A stretch of DNA of 60,044 bases from an uncultured Rhodanobacteraceae bacterium (lineage in GTDB: Bacteria; Pseudomonadota; Gammaproteobacteria; Xanthomonadales; Rhodanobacteraceae), in NCBI GenBank assembly GCA_965651365.1, contig CBFGSA010000001.1, positions 1-60,044 on the forward strand, in the 5' to 3' direction. The notes under the pieces were generated by a model. The model searched no databases, was not told the DNA's origin, and saw nothing but the letters and a program-made list of their open reading frames with translations. Positions within the stretch are counted from its first letter, which is position 1, and each line of letters starts with the position of its first letter. Shown piece after piece: positions 25,803 to 35,886 of the stretch. The position numbers were made by a program, and so were the translations under genes.

Positions 25803-26129
25803 TCACTTGATCAGCAGGTCCTTTTCCTTCTTGCCGGATTTCAGCGCGGCATCGAACCAGCGCGGGTGCTTGCCGCGCCCCGACCAGGTCCGGGACGGAT
25901 CCTTCGGATCCTGATACTTGGGCGGTACCTTGCCGGTGCGCTTGCCGGCGCGCTTGGTACGGCGGCCCAGTACCTCATCCAGCGTGAAACCTTCCTTCTT
26001 GACCATTTCGTTGATGCGCTTGCGCAGATCATTCAATGTGTTCTTGCGCATCTCGACTTCACGCGAATCCAGCTTGTTGCGCAGTGCATCGATCTGCTTG
26101 CGGTTGAGTTTGCTGATATCAATTGTCAT
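25803..26129 (-). CDS. hns: H-NS family nucleoid-associated protein (XrvA-like)
   Basis: N-terminal coiled coil. C-terminal DNA-binding motif TWSGRGKHPRW. AT-rich upstream region. Confidence 0.85.
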   Translation of the reverse strand: MTIDISKLNRKQIDALRNKLDSREVEMRKNTLNDLRKRINEMVKKEGFTLDEVLGRRTKRAGKRTGKVPPKYQDPKDPSRTWSGRGKHPRWFDAALKSGKKEKDLLIK

Positions 26130-26355
26130 TCATTACTCCGGGGGGGAATGGTTTGGTCGTTTCTTTCACTCAATTGAAGATACGGCCATATGAAATTTCC
26201 ATGACCTGCGTCCATGACGCAATTATAAACAAACGCGAATGGGCGGCAAGCCATCCGGCATGACCTGTCCAGGCGCGCAACGGCAGCACTGCGGGAAACT
26301 GTCAGTTGAAGCGGCATGTGGTGAAAAAGGTTTCCGATCGAGTACACTGAATTGC

Positions 26356-26562
26356 ATGGTGAACCAGGCGGCATTGTGGTGGGGGCTTGTTCTCGGCTCA
26401 ATCGGGCTGGGCTATCTGATGTACGGTCGGCGCCAGCGCGCGATCATGCCGACGCTGTGCGGCATCGGCCTGATGATTTTTCCGTGGTTTGTTTCCGGCA
26501 CCTGGGCACTTGTGCTGATTGGCGCCGTGCTGCTTGTGGTGCCCTTCCTGTTTCATTTCTGA
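26356..26562 (+). CDS. small (68 aa) membrane protein with 2-3 TM segments
   Basis: MVNQAALWWGLVLGSIGLGYLMYGRRQRAIMPTLCGIGLMIFPWFVSGTWALVLIGAVLLVVPFLF. The upstream part of the track ORF is not hydrophobic and lacks support. Confidence 0.55.
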   Translation: MVNQAALWWGLVLGSIGLGYLMYGRRQRAIMPTLCGIGLMIFPWFVSGTWALVLIGAVLLVVPFLFHF

Positions 26563-26586
26563 TGCATTCCGCGGGAGGCCGCGAGC

Positions 26587-27951
26587 ATGAAAATCCAGGT
26601 TTGTCTGCTGCTGCTTCTGACGTGCCCGGCCGGGCTCCTGCACGCGGCAGATGGCACGCTGGATCCGACCTTTGGCAATAATGGTCGCGTCACCATCAAT
26701 TGGATGCCGGGTGACGCCGAGCCCGCTGCCATTGCCATCGGTACGAATGGAAACATTTTCATTGCGGGAGACGCTGCCGAGTTCGGCAGTGTTCCGGAGT
26801 TTTTGTTGCTGAAACTGCATCCTGCAGGGCAGATCGATACCGCTTTTGCCCCGCTCCAGGGCGGCTTTTTCCGCTTCGATTTTGCACTCAATGGCATTGG
26901 GCCGGGTGGTGGCAATACCGCCAATGCCCTGGCAGTTCTGTCCGATGACAAAATCGTGCTGGCCGGTTGTACACAAATCGGCGTTTCGTCTACGCATTTT
27001 GCGGTGTTGCGGGTTGATTCGACGGGCCAGCTCGATCCGACATTCGGCAGCACTGGGAGCGTGCATTTTGCCGCTCCTTTCGCCATTGAAAACTGCGTCG
27101 AGGACCTTTTTGTCAGGCCCGACGGGGCGATCGTCCTTGGCGGTCATACCCGCGTACCCAGCGACGCGGGCGGAAGCCTGGTTTACAGGTTCTATGCCGC
27201 AACGGCCGTGCTGACATCAAGCGGGCAGCTGGATCCAGCCTTCCTGGGTGGCGGTGTCAGCGAAATCCGTTATGCGGCCAATGCCTGGCTCAGCTACGGT
27301 ATTGCTCTCGCTGCCGACTCTGATGGAGGCGGTTTTCTGGCTGGTCTGGTCGATGCTGCGGGTGGTACCGACGCCGCGATACTGCATTTGCAGAATGACG
27401 GAATGGTCGATGCGGGCTTCGGCAACCTTGGCCGACTGACGCTCGGCATGCCTGCCGCTGAAGCCCACGCGATCCGGGTCCTGCCTTCGGGCAGGGTCGT
27501 GTTGGCAGGAGTCAGCAGCAACCCCGGACAAGGCCTGGCCGTATTTCTGGCCCGCCTGAATTCCGATGGCACGCTCGACACAAGCTTTGGCCAATCCGGC
27601 ATTGCCCGCTTTCCGATCGCCGATGCGGGTTTGGTCGGGCTGTTGGCACCGACAAGAAATCATGGCTGGCTGGTGGAAGCTGCCGATACGGGCCGTGCCG
27701 GGATATGGCTGGTGCGTGTGGATGAAAATGGCCACCCCCAGGCCGGCTTCGGCACCGACGGGGTCTTGCATGTTGCTTTCGGTCCCGCAAATGGCAGCGG
27801 ATTTGGTGCCTCCAAGGTAGCCTTGCAGCCGGATGGCAAGTTGGTGGTTGCCGGCGCATTGTCCGGAAATGCCGCCGACGATTTTGGTGTCATGCGCATT
27901 CTGGCCGACTACGACACCCTGTTCGTGGACGACTTCGAGTTGCGGCAATGA
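26587..27951 (+). CDS. secreted delta-60 repeat (beta-propeller) protein
   Basis: Signal peptide, then at least 7 repeats of the pattern G(T/Q)LD(P/T)(T/A)FG.(N/S/T)G (GTLDPTFGNNG, GQLDPTFGSTG, GTLDTSFGQSG and others). Confidence 0.8.
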   Translation: MKIQVCLLLLLTCPAGLLHAADGTLDPTFGNNGRVTINWMPGDAEPAAIAIGTNGNIFIAGDAAEFGSVPEFLLLKLHPAGQIDTAFAPLQGGFFRFDFALNGIGPGGGNTANALAVLSDDKIVLAGCTQIGVSSTHFAVLRVDSTGQLDPTFGSTGSVHFAAPFAIENCVEDLFVRPDGAIVLGGHTRVPSDAGGSLVYRFYAATAVLTSSGQLDPAFLGGGVSEIRYAANAWLSYGIALAADSDGGGFLAGLVDAAGGTDAAILHLQNDGMVDAGFGNLGRLTLGMPAAEAHAIRVLPSGRVVLAGVSSNPGQGLAVFLARLNSDGTLDTSFGQSGIARFPIADAGLVGLLAPTRNHGWLVEAADTGRAGIWLVRVDENGHPQAGFGTDGVLHVAFGPANGSGFGASKVALQPDGKLVVAGALSGNAADDFGVMRILADYDTLFVDDFELRQ

Positions 27952-27970
27952 GCGCTGTTGGACGGTACTG

Positions 27971-29668
27971 TCAGTCGAACAGCGCCAGCAGTGCCTGTCG
28001 GTCCAGGTTGCGGTTTTCGCTCTCGTCGCGGCGGCGGTATTCGAAGGTGCCGGCCTCCAGACCACGCGGGCTGACCACGATGCGGTGTGGAATGCCGATC
28101 AGTTCGATGTCGGCGAACATGGCGCCGGTGCGCAGGCCGCGGTCGTCGATCACGGCATCCACGCCACGCTCGCTGAGCGCTTGCTGCAAGTCGTCCGCGG
28201 CTTGGTTGACGGCTGCGTCGTTCTTCGAATTGATCAGACAGATTGCTGCCTGCCACGGTGCCATCGCTTCGGGCCAGCGGATGCCGGCCTCGTCATGGTG
28301 CTGCTCGATGGCGGCGGCGACGATGCGGCTGACGCCGATGCCGTAGCAGCCCATCAGCAGGGTGCGCGACTTGCCGGTTTCATCCAGCACGCTGGCATTC
28401 AGCGCCTGGGCGTATTTGTCGCCGAGTTGGAAGATGTGGCCCACCTCGATGCCGCGGGCAAGCTGCAGTCTGCCCTTGCCGTCCGGGGCGGCATCGCCTT
28501 CGATCACGTTGCGCAAATCGCAGATCTGGTCGATGCGCGCATCCCGCACCCAATTGGCACCGGTGTAATGGCTGTTGTCGGCATTGCCGCCACACACGAA
28601 GTCGGCCAGCATGGCCGCGTCGCGGTCGACGATCACCGGGATCGACTCGGGCAGGCCGACCGGGCCGATGTAGCCGGGGCTGGTGCCGGCCAGCTTGCGG
28701 ATTTCAGCCTCATCGGCCAGTTGCGGCTCGTCACCAATGAGGTCCAGTTTGGCCGCCTTGATCAGGTTGACCTGGTGGTCGCCGCGCAGGCACAGGGCAA
28801 CCAGGCCATCGCGACCCTTGACCAGCAGGGTCTTGAGACATTGCGCCGGTGTCACGCCGAGGAAAGCGCTGATGTCTTCGATGGTCTTCTGGCCGGGCGT
28901 GTCGACGCGGACCAGTTCGGCCTGCGGTGCCGGGCGGTCGCCACTCGGTGCCAGGCCGCTGGCCATTTCCACGTTGGCGGCATAGTCCGACGCGTCGGAA
29001 AAGGCGATGGCGTCCTCGCCGGCATCGGCCAGCACATGAAATTCGGTGCTGGCGCTGCCGCCGATGGCCCCGGTGTCGGCAGCCACGGCGCGGTAGGCCA
29101 GACCCAGGCGCTCGCAGATCCGCCCGTAGGCGCCGTACATCTGCTGGTAGACCTGCTCCAGTGATTCGGCATCGAGGTGGAAGGAGTAGGCATCCTTCAT
29201 CAGGAATTCACGGGCCCGCATGACGCCAAAGCGCGGCCGGATCTCGTCACGGAACTTGGTCTGGATCTGGAATACCGTGAGCGGAAGCTGCTTGTAGCTT
29301 TTCAGCTCGTGACGGGCAAAATCGGTCACCACCTCTTCGTGGGTGGGGCCATAGCAGAACTCCTGCTCCTTGCGGTCGCGCATCTTCAGAAGCTGCGGGC
29401 CGAACTTTTCCCAGCGCCCGCTTTCCTGCCACAGTTCGGCCGGTTGAATGGCCGGCATCAGCATTTCGATGGCGCCGATGCGCTGCATTTCCTCGCGCAC
29501 CACCGCTTCGACCCGCTTGAGTACCCGCAGGCCCAGCGGCGACCAGGTGTACAGGCCCGAGGCCAGCTTGCGGATCATGCCCGCGCGCAGCATCAGTTGG
29601 TGGCTGGCAATTTCCGCGTCGGAAGGGACTTCGCGGGTGGTTGCGATATGGAACTGACTGAGGCGCAT
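27971..29668 (-). CDS. proS: proline--tRNA ligase
   Basis: [42 protein letters not shown] is the canonical bacterial ProRS N-terminus. Length is consistent with the INS editing domain being present. Confidence 0.93.
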   Translation of the reverse strand: MRLSQFHIATTREVPSDAEIASHQLMLRAGMIRKLASGLYTWSPLGLRVLKRVEAVVREEMQRIGAIEMLMPAIQPAELWQESGRWEKFGPQLLKMRDRKEQEFCYGPTHEEVVTDFARHELKSYKQLPLTVFQIQTKFRDEIRPRFGVMRAREFLMKDAYSFHLDAESLEQVYQQMYGAYGRICERLGLAYRAVAADTGAIGGSASTEFHVLADAGEDAIAFSDASDYAANVEMASGLAPSGDRPAPQAELVRVDTPGQKTIEDISAFLGVTPAQCLKTLLVKGRDGLVALCLRGDHQVNLIKAAKLDLIGDEPQLADEAEIRKLAGTSPGYIGPVGLPESIPVIVDRDAAMLADFVCGGNADNSHYTGANWVRDARIDQICDLRNVIEGDAAPDGKGRLQLARGIEVGHIFQLGDKYAQALNASVLDETGKSRTLLMGCYGIGVSRIVAAAIEQHHDEAGIRWPEAMAPWQAAICLINSKNDAAVNQAADDLQQALSERGVDAVIDDRGLRTGAMFADIELIGIPHRIVVSPRGLEAGTFEYRRRDESENRNLDRQALLALFD

Positions 29669-29847
29669 CGGGCCGATCCTGAACAAAGATCAGGCCAGTC
29701 TACACAGCAAGCGGCGGCGGCCCAAGCGCTATTGGCCTCGCGTGAGCAGCTCGCTGTCCGCGGTGAACGGAGCGCACTGCCGAATGCATGTTCGGCTCAC
29801 GGCCCACGGTTTACCGCCATCGCGCGCTTGGCGCGCTTGTATGTTTC

Positions 29848-30288
29848 CTACTTCGAGCAGTATTGCTGTTGCTGTTTCTGAGCCTTGGCCAACTGCTCGG
29901 CGCGCTGGTCGGCGGTCATGGCTGTGCCGCTGTTGCCCATGGTCAGAACCTGCTGGCTTTGCAGCACCTTGATGTTGTCCGCAAGCTGCTGGCACAGTTT
30001 CGCCCGGTTTTCCGGGGTGTCCTTGACTGTCTTGGCGCCGCTGTCGGCAGGGCTTGCCGCGGGCTTGTCGGCGGTGCTGGCCGGTTCAGCCGGTTTGGCC
30101 GGCTTGGGCGGATCGCGGGTCACGCCGGTGTTGATATTGACGATCTTGTACTTGATGCCATCCGGCGGCGGGGCATCGGCGAAGTGGACGACGCCGTTGG
30201 CATCCTTCCAGCGATAGACCTGGTTGGCCGCCACGGCGAGGCACGGCGCCAGCATGGCCAGTACGAGCAGAACAGTGCGAACACGCAT
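29848..30288 (-). CDS. DUF4124 domain-containing periplasmic protein
   Basis: Signal peptide followed by VYRWKDANGVVHFADAPP, the DUF4124 hallmark. Confidence 0.75.
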   Translation of the reverse strand: MRVRTVLLVLAMLAPCLAVAANQVYRWKDANGVVHFADAPPPDGIKYKIVNINTGVTRDPPKPAKPAEPASTADKPAASPADSGAKTVKDTPENRAKLCQQLADNIKVLQSQQVLTMGNSGTAMTADQRAEQLAKAQKQQQQYCSK

Positions 30289-30460
30289 GTGAAACTCCGG
30301 GGCAGGGGACCGGGCACGGCCCGGTGAATGGAATCGATGCCGCTACAGTAAACCAAATCCGGGCGGGGCGCATCGTGAATCGACGCACGCTGCAGGAAGT
30401 TTGTGCAGGTTCGGCACTGGTACACTAGCGGCATTACCGCGTTCGAGAGGCTGCCCGTTC

Positions 30461-31237
30461 ATGGACAAACCGGAAACTCCGGTCATGCCGCGCCGCGGCA
30501 TCTACCTGCTGCCCAACCTGTTCACCACCGGTGCCATGTTCGCCGGCTTCTACGCCATCGTGGCCGGAATCCAGGGCCGCTTCGTGGCAGCGGCCGTGGC
30601 GGTATTCATCGCTGCCTTGCTGGACAGCATGGACGGCCGCATCGCCCGGCTCACCAACACCCAGACCGACTTCGGGGTGCAGTACGATTCACTGTCCGAT
30701 ATGGTCAGCTTCTCGCTGGCCCCGGCGCTGGTCATGTACTCGTGGTCCTTGTCGCAGTTGAACAGCCTGGGGCCGGGCTGGGGCAAGCTGGGCTGGGCGG
30801 CGGCCTTTCTGTACGCTGCCTGCGGCGCCTTGCGCCTGGCCCGCTTCAACACCCAGGCCGGCGTCGCCGACAAGCGCTATTTCCAGGGCTTGTCCAGCCC
30901 GGCTGCGGCCGGCTTGCTGATGGCCTGCATGTGGAGTGCGGAAGAACTGGGCGTCAGCGGTGCGCAGATGATGGTCGTGACCCCGTTGCTGGTCGTGGTG
31001 GCGGGCCTGTTGATGGTCAGCCGCGTGCGCTACTACAGCTTCAAGTCCAAGCCCAGGAATGGCCGGGTGCCGTTCGTGGCGATTCCGGCCGCCGTCATCG
31101 TGTTGGTGTTGCTGGCCCTGAAGCCGCCGTTCATGCTGGTGGTCGGGTTTGCCGTTTACGTTTTGTCCGGGCCGATATTGACCTTGCACGGCATCCAGCA
31201 GCGGCGCCGACACCGCAAGCGGCCTGCGGAGCACTGA
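30461..31237 (+). CDS. pssA: CDP-diacylglycerol--serine O-phosphatidyltransferase
   Basis: CDP-alcohol phosphatidyltransferase motif DSMDGRIARL...GVQYDSLSDMVSF. Multi-TM protein. Confidence 0.88.
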   Translation: MDKPETPVMPRRGIYLLPNLFTTGAMFAGFYAIVAGIQGRFVAAAVAVFIAALLDSMDGRIARLTNTQTDFGVQYDSLSDMVSFSLAPALVMYSWSLSQLNSLGPGWGKLGWAAAFLYAACGALRLARFNTQAGVADKRYFQGLSSPAAAGLLMACMWSAEELGVSGAQMMVVTPLLVVVAGLLMVSRVRYYSFKSKPRNGRVPFVAIPAAVIVLVLLALKPPFMLVVGFAVYVLSGPILTLHGIQQRRRHRKRPAEH

Positions 31238-31240
31238 TTC

Positions 31241-31663
31241 GTGGCCAGTGTCGCCGCACGGATTGATCCGCCTTCGCGCCAGTGCATCCTGCGCGAAATG
31301 GGCATCGAAGCGTTGCGCCGCAAAGCCTCTGGCCAATCCGGCGGGCGCACGGCTTGCCTGATTCTGGCGCCGGCAGCAGCGCGCGGGAATGAATCGCGCG
31401 AGCGGCTGCTGCAGCGGATTGTGACGGCAAGTGGATTGCCCGAGTCATGCTGCAAGCTGCTGTGGTTGCAGCCGGGCACGGGCACGGCGACCCTGCCGGC
31501 CCATGCGTGTTGTCTGGTTTTTGGCGCCGAGTTGGCCGGGTTGGGCGGGGATTCGGCCTGGCAATTGCCGCCCTTGCAACAGTTGCTTGAGCAGCCCGCC
31601 GAAAAGCGCCAGGTCTGGAAGGCCCTGGGCGAGGTGCGTCGGCGCATTTCGGTTGAGGAATGA
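31241..31663 (+). CDS. probable DNA polymerase III psi subunit (HolD-like), divergent
   Basis: Lies immediately upstream of rimI, as holD does in E. coli. Colinear similarity by eye: RQCILREMGIEALRRK vs E. coli RDWQLQQLGITQWSLRR, and LPPLQQLLEQPAEKRQVWKAL vs LTDLRANPTARAALWQQI. Similar length (140 vs 137 aa). GTG start. Confidence 0.5.
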   Translation: MASVAARIDPPSRQCILREMGIEALRRKASGQSGGRTACLILAPAAARGNESRERLLQRIVTASGLPESCCKLLWLQPGTGTATLPAHACCLVFGAELAGLGGDSAWQLPPLQQLLEQPAEKRQVWKALGEVRRRISVEE

Positions 31664-31666
31664 GGC

Positions 31667-32149
31667 GTGGTTGCCGTTGTTCAGCCGGCCCCGGAGCGCA
31701 TTCGCAAGATGCGCCGGGCGGATGTCGACGCCGTTCACGAGATCGAATCGGAAGCGTATGAGTTCGGCTGGACGCCGGGCATCTTTCGCGACTGTCTCAA
31801 TGCAGGGCATGAGTGCTGGGTGCTGGAGCTGGATCGGGAAATCCTCGGCTACGCCGTGGTCGCCAGCCAGGTCGATGAAGCGCACCTGCTGAATCTGTGT
31901 GTTTCACCGACCTGGCAGGGCGTGGGTCATGGCCGGCACCTGCTGCGACGCATGATTGACGTGGCGCGCTGGCATGCTGCCGTGCGGCTGCTGCTGGAGG
32001 TGCGACCGAGCAACGAGGCCGCCATGTACATCTATCGCCAGCACGGCTTCGAGGAAATCGGTCGCCGACCTCGCTACTACCCGGCGCGCCACGGCCGCGA
32101 GGATGCCGTGGTCATGGCGCTGCGTCTGCGCCCGCAAGTGCAAATGTAG
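31667..32149 (+). CDS. rimI: ribosomal-protein-alanine N-acetyltransferase
   Basis: GNAT motif A (VSPTWQGVGHGRHLL) and a C-terminus RRPRYYPARHGREDAVVMAL that parallels E. coli RimI. Start is GTG 31667 or ATG 31709. Confidence 0.85.
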   Translation: MVAVVQPAPERIRKMRRADVDAVHEIESEAYEFGWTPGIFRDCLNAGHECWVLELDREILGYAVVASQVDEAHLLNLCVSPTWQGVGHGRHLLRRMIDVARWHAAVRLLLEVRPSNEAAMYIYRQHGFEEIGRRPRYYPARHGREDAVVMALRLRPQVQM

Positions 32150-32206
32150 GAGCGGCCCGTGGCCGCGATCGGCACAACCCGCAATTACGGCCATGGGCCG
32201 CTCCTG
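32146..32206. repeat. inverted pair of REP units (GTAGGAGCGGCCCGTGGCCGCGAT ... ATTACGGCCATGGGCCGCTCCTGC)
   Basis: Read directly. The first unit contains the rimI TAG stop codon. Confidence 0.8.
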
Positions 32207-32264
32207 CGAGGGCCGATCTGCACCAGGACCTGTGAGGGCGGATTGGGGCCGCGGAGGCCTGCGG

Positions 32265-35114
32265 TCAGGCAGAGGCCAGCTTGTCGCGTTGCTCGCTCAA
32301 CGCATCGCGCTTTTGCTGCCATTCGGCAAGGCGCGCGCGTTCCTGTTCCACGACCTCGGCCGGCGCATTGTCGACGAAGCGCGCATTGCCGAGCTTGCCC
32401 TCGCACTTGGCGATTTCCTGGCCGATGCGGACAATTTCCTTGTCCAGACGGGCCTTTTCGGCGTCCAGGTCGATCAGGCCGGCCAGCGGGATCAGGATGC
32501 GCAGCTTGCCGACCACGGCGGTCGCAGCGGCCGGCTCCTCGCCATCGCCCAGCCATTGCGGGGCCTCGCTGTGGGCGAGAAAGGCGATCTGGTCGGCAAA
32601 GCGCTGCACGCGGGCACGATCCCCGCTGTCGCCGTCTGCCAGCAGCAGGGGAATGGTCTTGCCCGGCGCAATGTTCATTTCCGCACGGATGCGGCGGATG
32701 CCGCCCAGCACGGCCTTCAGCCATTCGATATCGGCGCTGGCGGCCTCGTCGCTGGCGATGGTGCCGGTATCGGGCCACGGCCGCTGCATGATGCTGTCGC
32801 TGTCCAGGCCCAGTCGGGGAGCCACCTGCTGCCAGATCTCCTCGGTGATGAACGGGATGACCGGGTGCAGCGCGCGCAGCACGGTTTCCAGCACCACCAG
32901 CAGCGTGTGCCGGGTCGACGCCGCCGCTTCCGTGTCGCCCCCTTGCAGCGCCGGCTTCGACAATTCCAGAAACCAGTCGCAATACTCGTTCCACACAAAC
33001 TCGTAAAGCGCCTGCGCCAGATGGTCAAAGCGATAGGTCTCGAAATGCTGCTCCACTTCGAGCAGCGTCTCTTTGAGCCGTGACAAGATCCAGCGCTCCG
33101 CCGCGGTCGCCGGCATTTCCCGAGTCCCGAGTCCCGAGTCCCGAGTCCCGTCCCCCACATTCATCAACACAAATCGCGACGCATTCCACAGCTTGTTGCA
33201 AAACGCCTTGTACCCCTCCGCCCGGCTGATATCGAAGTTGATGGTGCGGCTGTAGCTGGCCAGGGCAGCAAAGGTGAAACGCATGGCGTCGGTGCCGATG
33301 GCGCGGATGCCGTCGGGATAGTCCTTGCGGATGCGCTTTTCGACTTTCTCGCGCACCTGCGGGATCAGCAGCGAGCGGGTGGATTTTTCCACCAGCGGCT
33401 CCAACTCGATGCCGTCGATCAGGTCCAGTGGATCGAGCGTGTTGCCCTTGGATTTGGACATTTTCTTGCCTTCGGCGTCGCGCACGATGGCGTTGATGTA
33501 GACCTCGCGGAAGGGCACCTCACCAATGAAGTACCGGGTTGCCATGACCATGCGCGCGACCCAGAAGAAGATGATGTCGAAGCCGGTCACCAGCACCGCG
33601 CTGGGCAGGAAGATGCGATCCGCATTCCAGTTGGCGATGATCTCGCCGCGCTCATTGCCGATCGGCCCGCCGGCGGGCCAGCCCAAGGTCGAAAACGGCC
33701 ACAGCGCCGAGGAAAACCAGGTGTCCAGTACGTCGCTGTCCTGGGTCAGCGTGCCCACCGGTTCGGACTCGGCATGCTGGCGCGCATCGGCCTCGTTTTC
33801 GCCGACGAAGATGTTGCCGGCCTCGTCGTACCAGGCCGGAATCTGATGGCCCCACCAGAGCTGGCGGCTGATGCACCAGTCCTGGATGTTCTCCAGCCAC
33901 TGGGTGTAGGTCTTGGTCCAGTTTTCGGGCACGAACCGGATCTCGCCCGAGGTGACCGCTTCCAGTGCCGGTCGGGTGATGGCCGTGTGCCCGCCGGGGC
34001 GGCCGTCGTCCAGCGTGTCGCGGGTCAGATCCACGAACCACTGGTCGGTCAGCATCGGTTCGATCACGGCGTCCGAACGCTGGCTGACCGGTACCTGCAG
34101 CTTGTGTGCTTTGGTTTCCACCAGCAGATTCGCAGCTTCCAGGTCGGCCAGCACGGCCTTGCGCGCCGCGTAGCGATCCATGCCGCGATACTTCGCCGGT
34201 GCGTTGTCGTTGACCTTCGCATCCAGGGTGAAGATCTCGCGCGACTCCAGGCCGTGCCGCTGGCCGATGGCGTAGTCGTTGAAATCGTGCGCCGGCGTGA
34301 TCTTGACGCAGCCGGTGCCGAATTCGCGGTCGACGTAGTCGTCGGCAATGACCGGAATCTGCCGCCCGCACAATGGCAGCTCCAGCGTCTTGCCAACCAG
34401 GTGCGCATACCGCTCGTCTTCGGGATGCACCGCCACGGCCACGTCACCGAGCATGGTTTCCGGGCGCGTGGTGGCGATTACCACCGACTCGTCGCTGCCC
34501 GTGACCGGATAGCGGATCGACCACAGGTGGCCGTCGCGCTCGACGTTGTTGACCTCCAGGTCGGACACGGCCGTGCCCAGCACCGGATCCCAGTTGACCA
34601 GCCGGTTGCCGCGGTAGATCAGCCCGGAGCGGTACCATTCGACGAACACCTTGCGCACCGCGGCCGACAGGCCCTCGTCCATGGTGAAACGCTCGCGCGA
34701 CCAGTCGGCCGCCACGCCCAGTCGACGCATCTGGCGGGTGATGATCGAGCCGGACTGCTCCTTCCACTGCCACACCCGATCAACGAAGGCCTCGCGCCCC
34801 AGCGCGTGCTTGTCGCTGCCCTCGGCCGCGAGCTGATTCTCGACGATCTTCTGTGTGGCGATGCCGGCGTGGTCGCTGCCGACCTGCCACAGCGTGTTGT
34901 CGCCCTTCATCCGGTGGTAGCGGATCAGCATGTCCATCACGGTCTGCTGGAAGGCGTGGCCCATGTGCAGGGTGCCGGTGACATTCGGCGGCGGCAGCAG
35001 GATGCAGTAGGGCGAGCCCTCACCGCTGGGCCGGAAATACCCCGCAGCTTCCCACTGCGCATACCACTTCGACTCGATCTGGGCGGGCTCGAAACTCTTT
35101 TCCATGGGCGTCAC
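32265..35114 (-). CDS. valS: valine--tRNA ligase
   Basis: HIGH motif [13 protein letters not shown] and KMSKS motif. C-terminal coiled coil. 949 aa. Confidence 0.95.
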   Translation of the reverse strand: MTPMEKSFEPAQIESKWYAQWEAAGYFRPSGEGSPYCILLPPPNVTGTLHMGHAFQQTVMDMLIRYHRMKGDNTLWQVGSDHAGIATQKIVENQLAAEGSDKHALGREAFVDRVWQWKEQSGSIITRQMRRLGVAADWSRERFTMDEGLSAAVRKVFVEWYRSGLIYRGNRLVNWDPVLGTAVSDLEVNNVERDGHLWSIRYPVTGSDESVVIATTRPETMLGDVAVAVHPEDERYAHLVGKTLELPLCGRQIPVIADDYVDREFGTGCVKITPAHDFNDYAIGQRHGLESREIFTLDAKVNDNAPAKYRGMDRYAARKAVLADLEAANLLVETKAHKLQVPVSQRSDAVIEPMLTDQWFVDLTRDTLDDGRPGGHTAITRPALEAVTSGEIRFVPENWTKTYTQWLENIQDWCISRQLWWGHQIPAWYDEAGNIFVGENEADARQHAESEPVGTLTQDSDVLDTWFSSALWPFSTLGWPAGGPIGNERGEIIANWNADRIFLPSAVLVTGFDIIFFWVARMVMATRYFIGEVPFREVYINAIVRDAEGKKMSKSKGNTLDPLDLIDGIELEPLVEKSTRSLLIPQVREKVEKRIRKDYPDGIRAIGTDAMRFTFAALASYSRTINFDISRAEGYKAFCNKLWNASRFVLMNVGDGTRDSGLGTREMPATAAERWILSRLKETLLEVEQHFETYRFDHLAQALYEFVWNEYCDWFLELSKPALQGGDTEAAASTRHTLLVVLETVLRALHPVIPFITEEIWQQVAPRLGLDSDSIMQRPWPDTGTIASDEAASADIEWLKAVLGGIRRIRAEMNIAPGKTIPLLLADGDSGDRARVQRFADQIAFLAHSEAPQWLGDGEEPAAATAVVGKLRILIPLAGLIDLDAEKARLDKEIVRIGQEIAKCEGKLGNARFVDNAPAEVVEQERARLAEWQQKRDALSEQRDKLASA
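33119..33150 (-). repeat. (CCCGAGT)x4 plus a partial heptamer array inside the valS coding sequence
   Basis: Read directly. It encodes [13 protein letters not shown] in a variable surface segment between the conserved FVLMN and ERWIL blocks. Confidence 0.85.
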
Positions 35115-35213
35115 GGCATCAGGTGCCGCAATGGCGGCACGTGGAAATTCGGGGAACCCGGCATTGTACGGTGAAAGAACCGCACCGCAACAGCAGACAG
35201 AAGCCTGGCTGAC

Positions 35214-35242
35214 TTGACGAGTGTAAACAAATTGTTTATGTT
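35214..35242 (+). promoter_or_regulatory. putative higBA-1 promoter TTGACG-N17-TATGTT with operator palindrome TAAACAA-A-TTGTTTA (35224-35238) in the spacer
   Basis: Hexamers and 17-nt spacing read directly. There is no Shine-Dalgarno sequence before GTG 35250, which lies 7 nt after the -10 element. Confidence 0.5.
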
Positions 35243-35249
35243 GATCATT

Positions 35250-35531
35250 GTGATTCGGAGCTTCGCCAGCAAGAAAACCGAAGCGCTCTTTGTCGACGGA
35301 CGGTCACGACGCATGCCACCCGCGATCTTCAAAAGGGCAGCGATGCGGCTGACGCAACTCGACAACGCCACCGACATCAACGATATGCGTGAACCCCCGT
35401 CGAATTGTTTGGAGCGCCTGTCGGGAAGCCGGAAAGGGCAATGGAGCGTGCGCATCAATGACCAGTGGCGGCTGTGTTTCCGTTTTGCGCGTGGCGACGC
35501 TTTCGATGTTGAGATTTGTGACTATCACTGA
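35250..35531 (+). CDS. higB: type II toxin HigB (RelE/ParE superfamily, plasmid-maintenance killer protein)
   Basis: (V)[13 protein letters not shown]...[35 protein letters not shown] parallels Rts1 HigB (MIKSFKHKGL...WRITF...GDAY...YEDYH). GTG 35250 chosen by N-terminal homology; ATG 35238 lies inside the -10 hexamer. Confidence 0.8.
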   Translation: MIRSFASKKTEALFVDGRSRRMPPAIFKRAAMRLTQLDNATDINDMREPPSNCLERLSGSRKGQWSVRINDQWRLCFRFARGDAFDVEICDYH

Positions 35532-35541
35532 GGCCGTGATC

Positions 35542-35847
35542 ATGACTGCTACCACTTCGAGGAACGCCTTGCCTGCCATTCATCCGGGTGAGTTTCTGGC
35601 TGAAATCCTGGAGGACCATGGCATGAGCCAGGCACAATTGGCGCGTACCATCAATGTTTCGCCGATGCGCGTTTCCCATCTGCTTCGGTGCCAGCGACCG
35701 ATGAGTGCCGAGCTGGCGCTGCGCCTGGGCCGTGCATTTGGCCAGTCCCCACAGTATTGGCTGAATCTGCAAAACGCGTACGATCTGAAAACCACCGAAG
35801 CGCGCATCAGGCAGAGTCTCGACAAGGTGCAGCAGGTCGCCGCCTGA
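35542..35847 (+). CDS. higA: HigA-family antitoxin (HTH_XRE)
   Basis: IHPGEFLAEILEDHGMSQAQLARTINVSPMRVSHLL...SAELALRLGRAFGQSPQYWLNLQNAYDL. Confidence 0.85.
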   Translation: MTATTSRNALPAIHPGEFLAEILEDHGMSQAQLARTINVSPMRVSHLLRCQRPMSAELALRLGRAFGQSPQYWLNLQNAYDLKTTEARIRQSLDKVQQVAA

Positions 35848-35861
35848 TTGGCGGCATGCCA

Positions 35862-35882
35862 ATCCCGAACCCCGAATCCCGG
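35862..35882. repeat. heptamer array ATCCCGA ACCCCGA ATCCCGG between the convergent higA-1 and sdaA stops
   Basis: Read directly. It is preceded by the hairpin GCCGCC-TGATT-GGCGGC (35839-35855), which contains the higA stop. Confidence 0.65.
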
Positions 35883-35886
35883 CCCT

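Noticed and set aside
26398-27147. 249-aa minus-strand ORF overlapping the small membrane protein gene and the delta-60 repeat gene.
   Set aside because: It is antisense to a gene with at least 7 clear delta-60 repeats and a signal peptide, and has no motif of its own.
35214-35249. TTG (35214) or ATG (35238) as the higB-1 start, as implied by the ORF track.
   Set aside because: These codons coincide with the -35 and -10 hexamers. Homologous HigB toxins and the second copy start at the (M/V)I(K/R)(S/T)F position, which supports GTG 35250.
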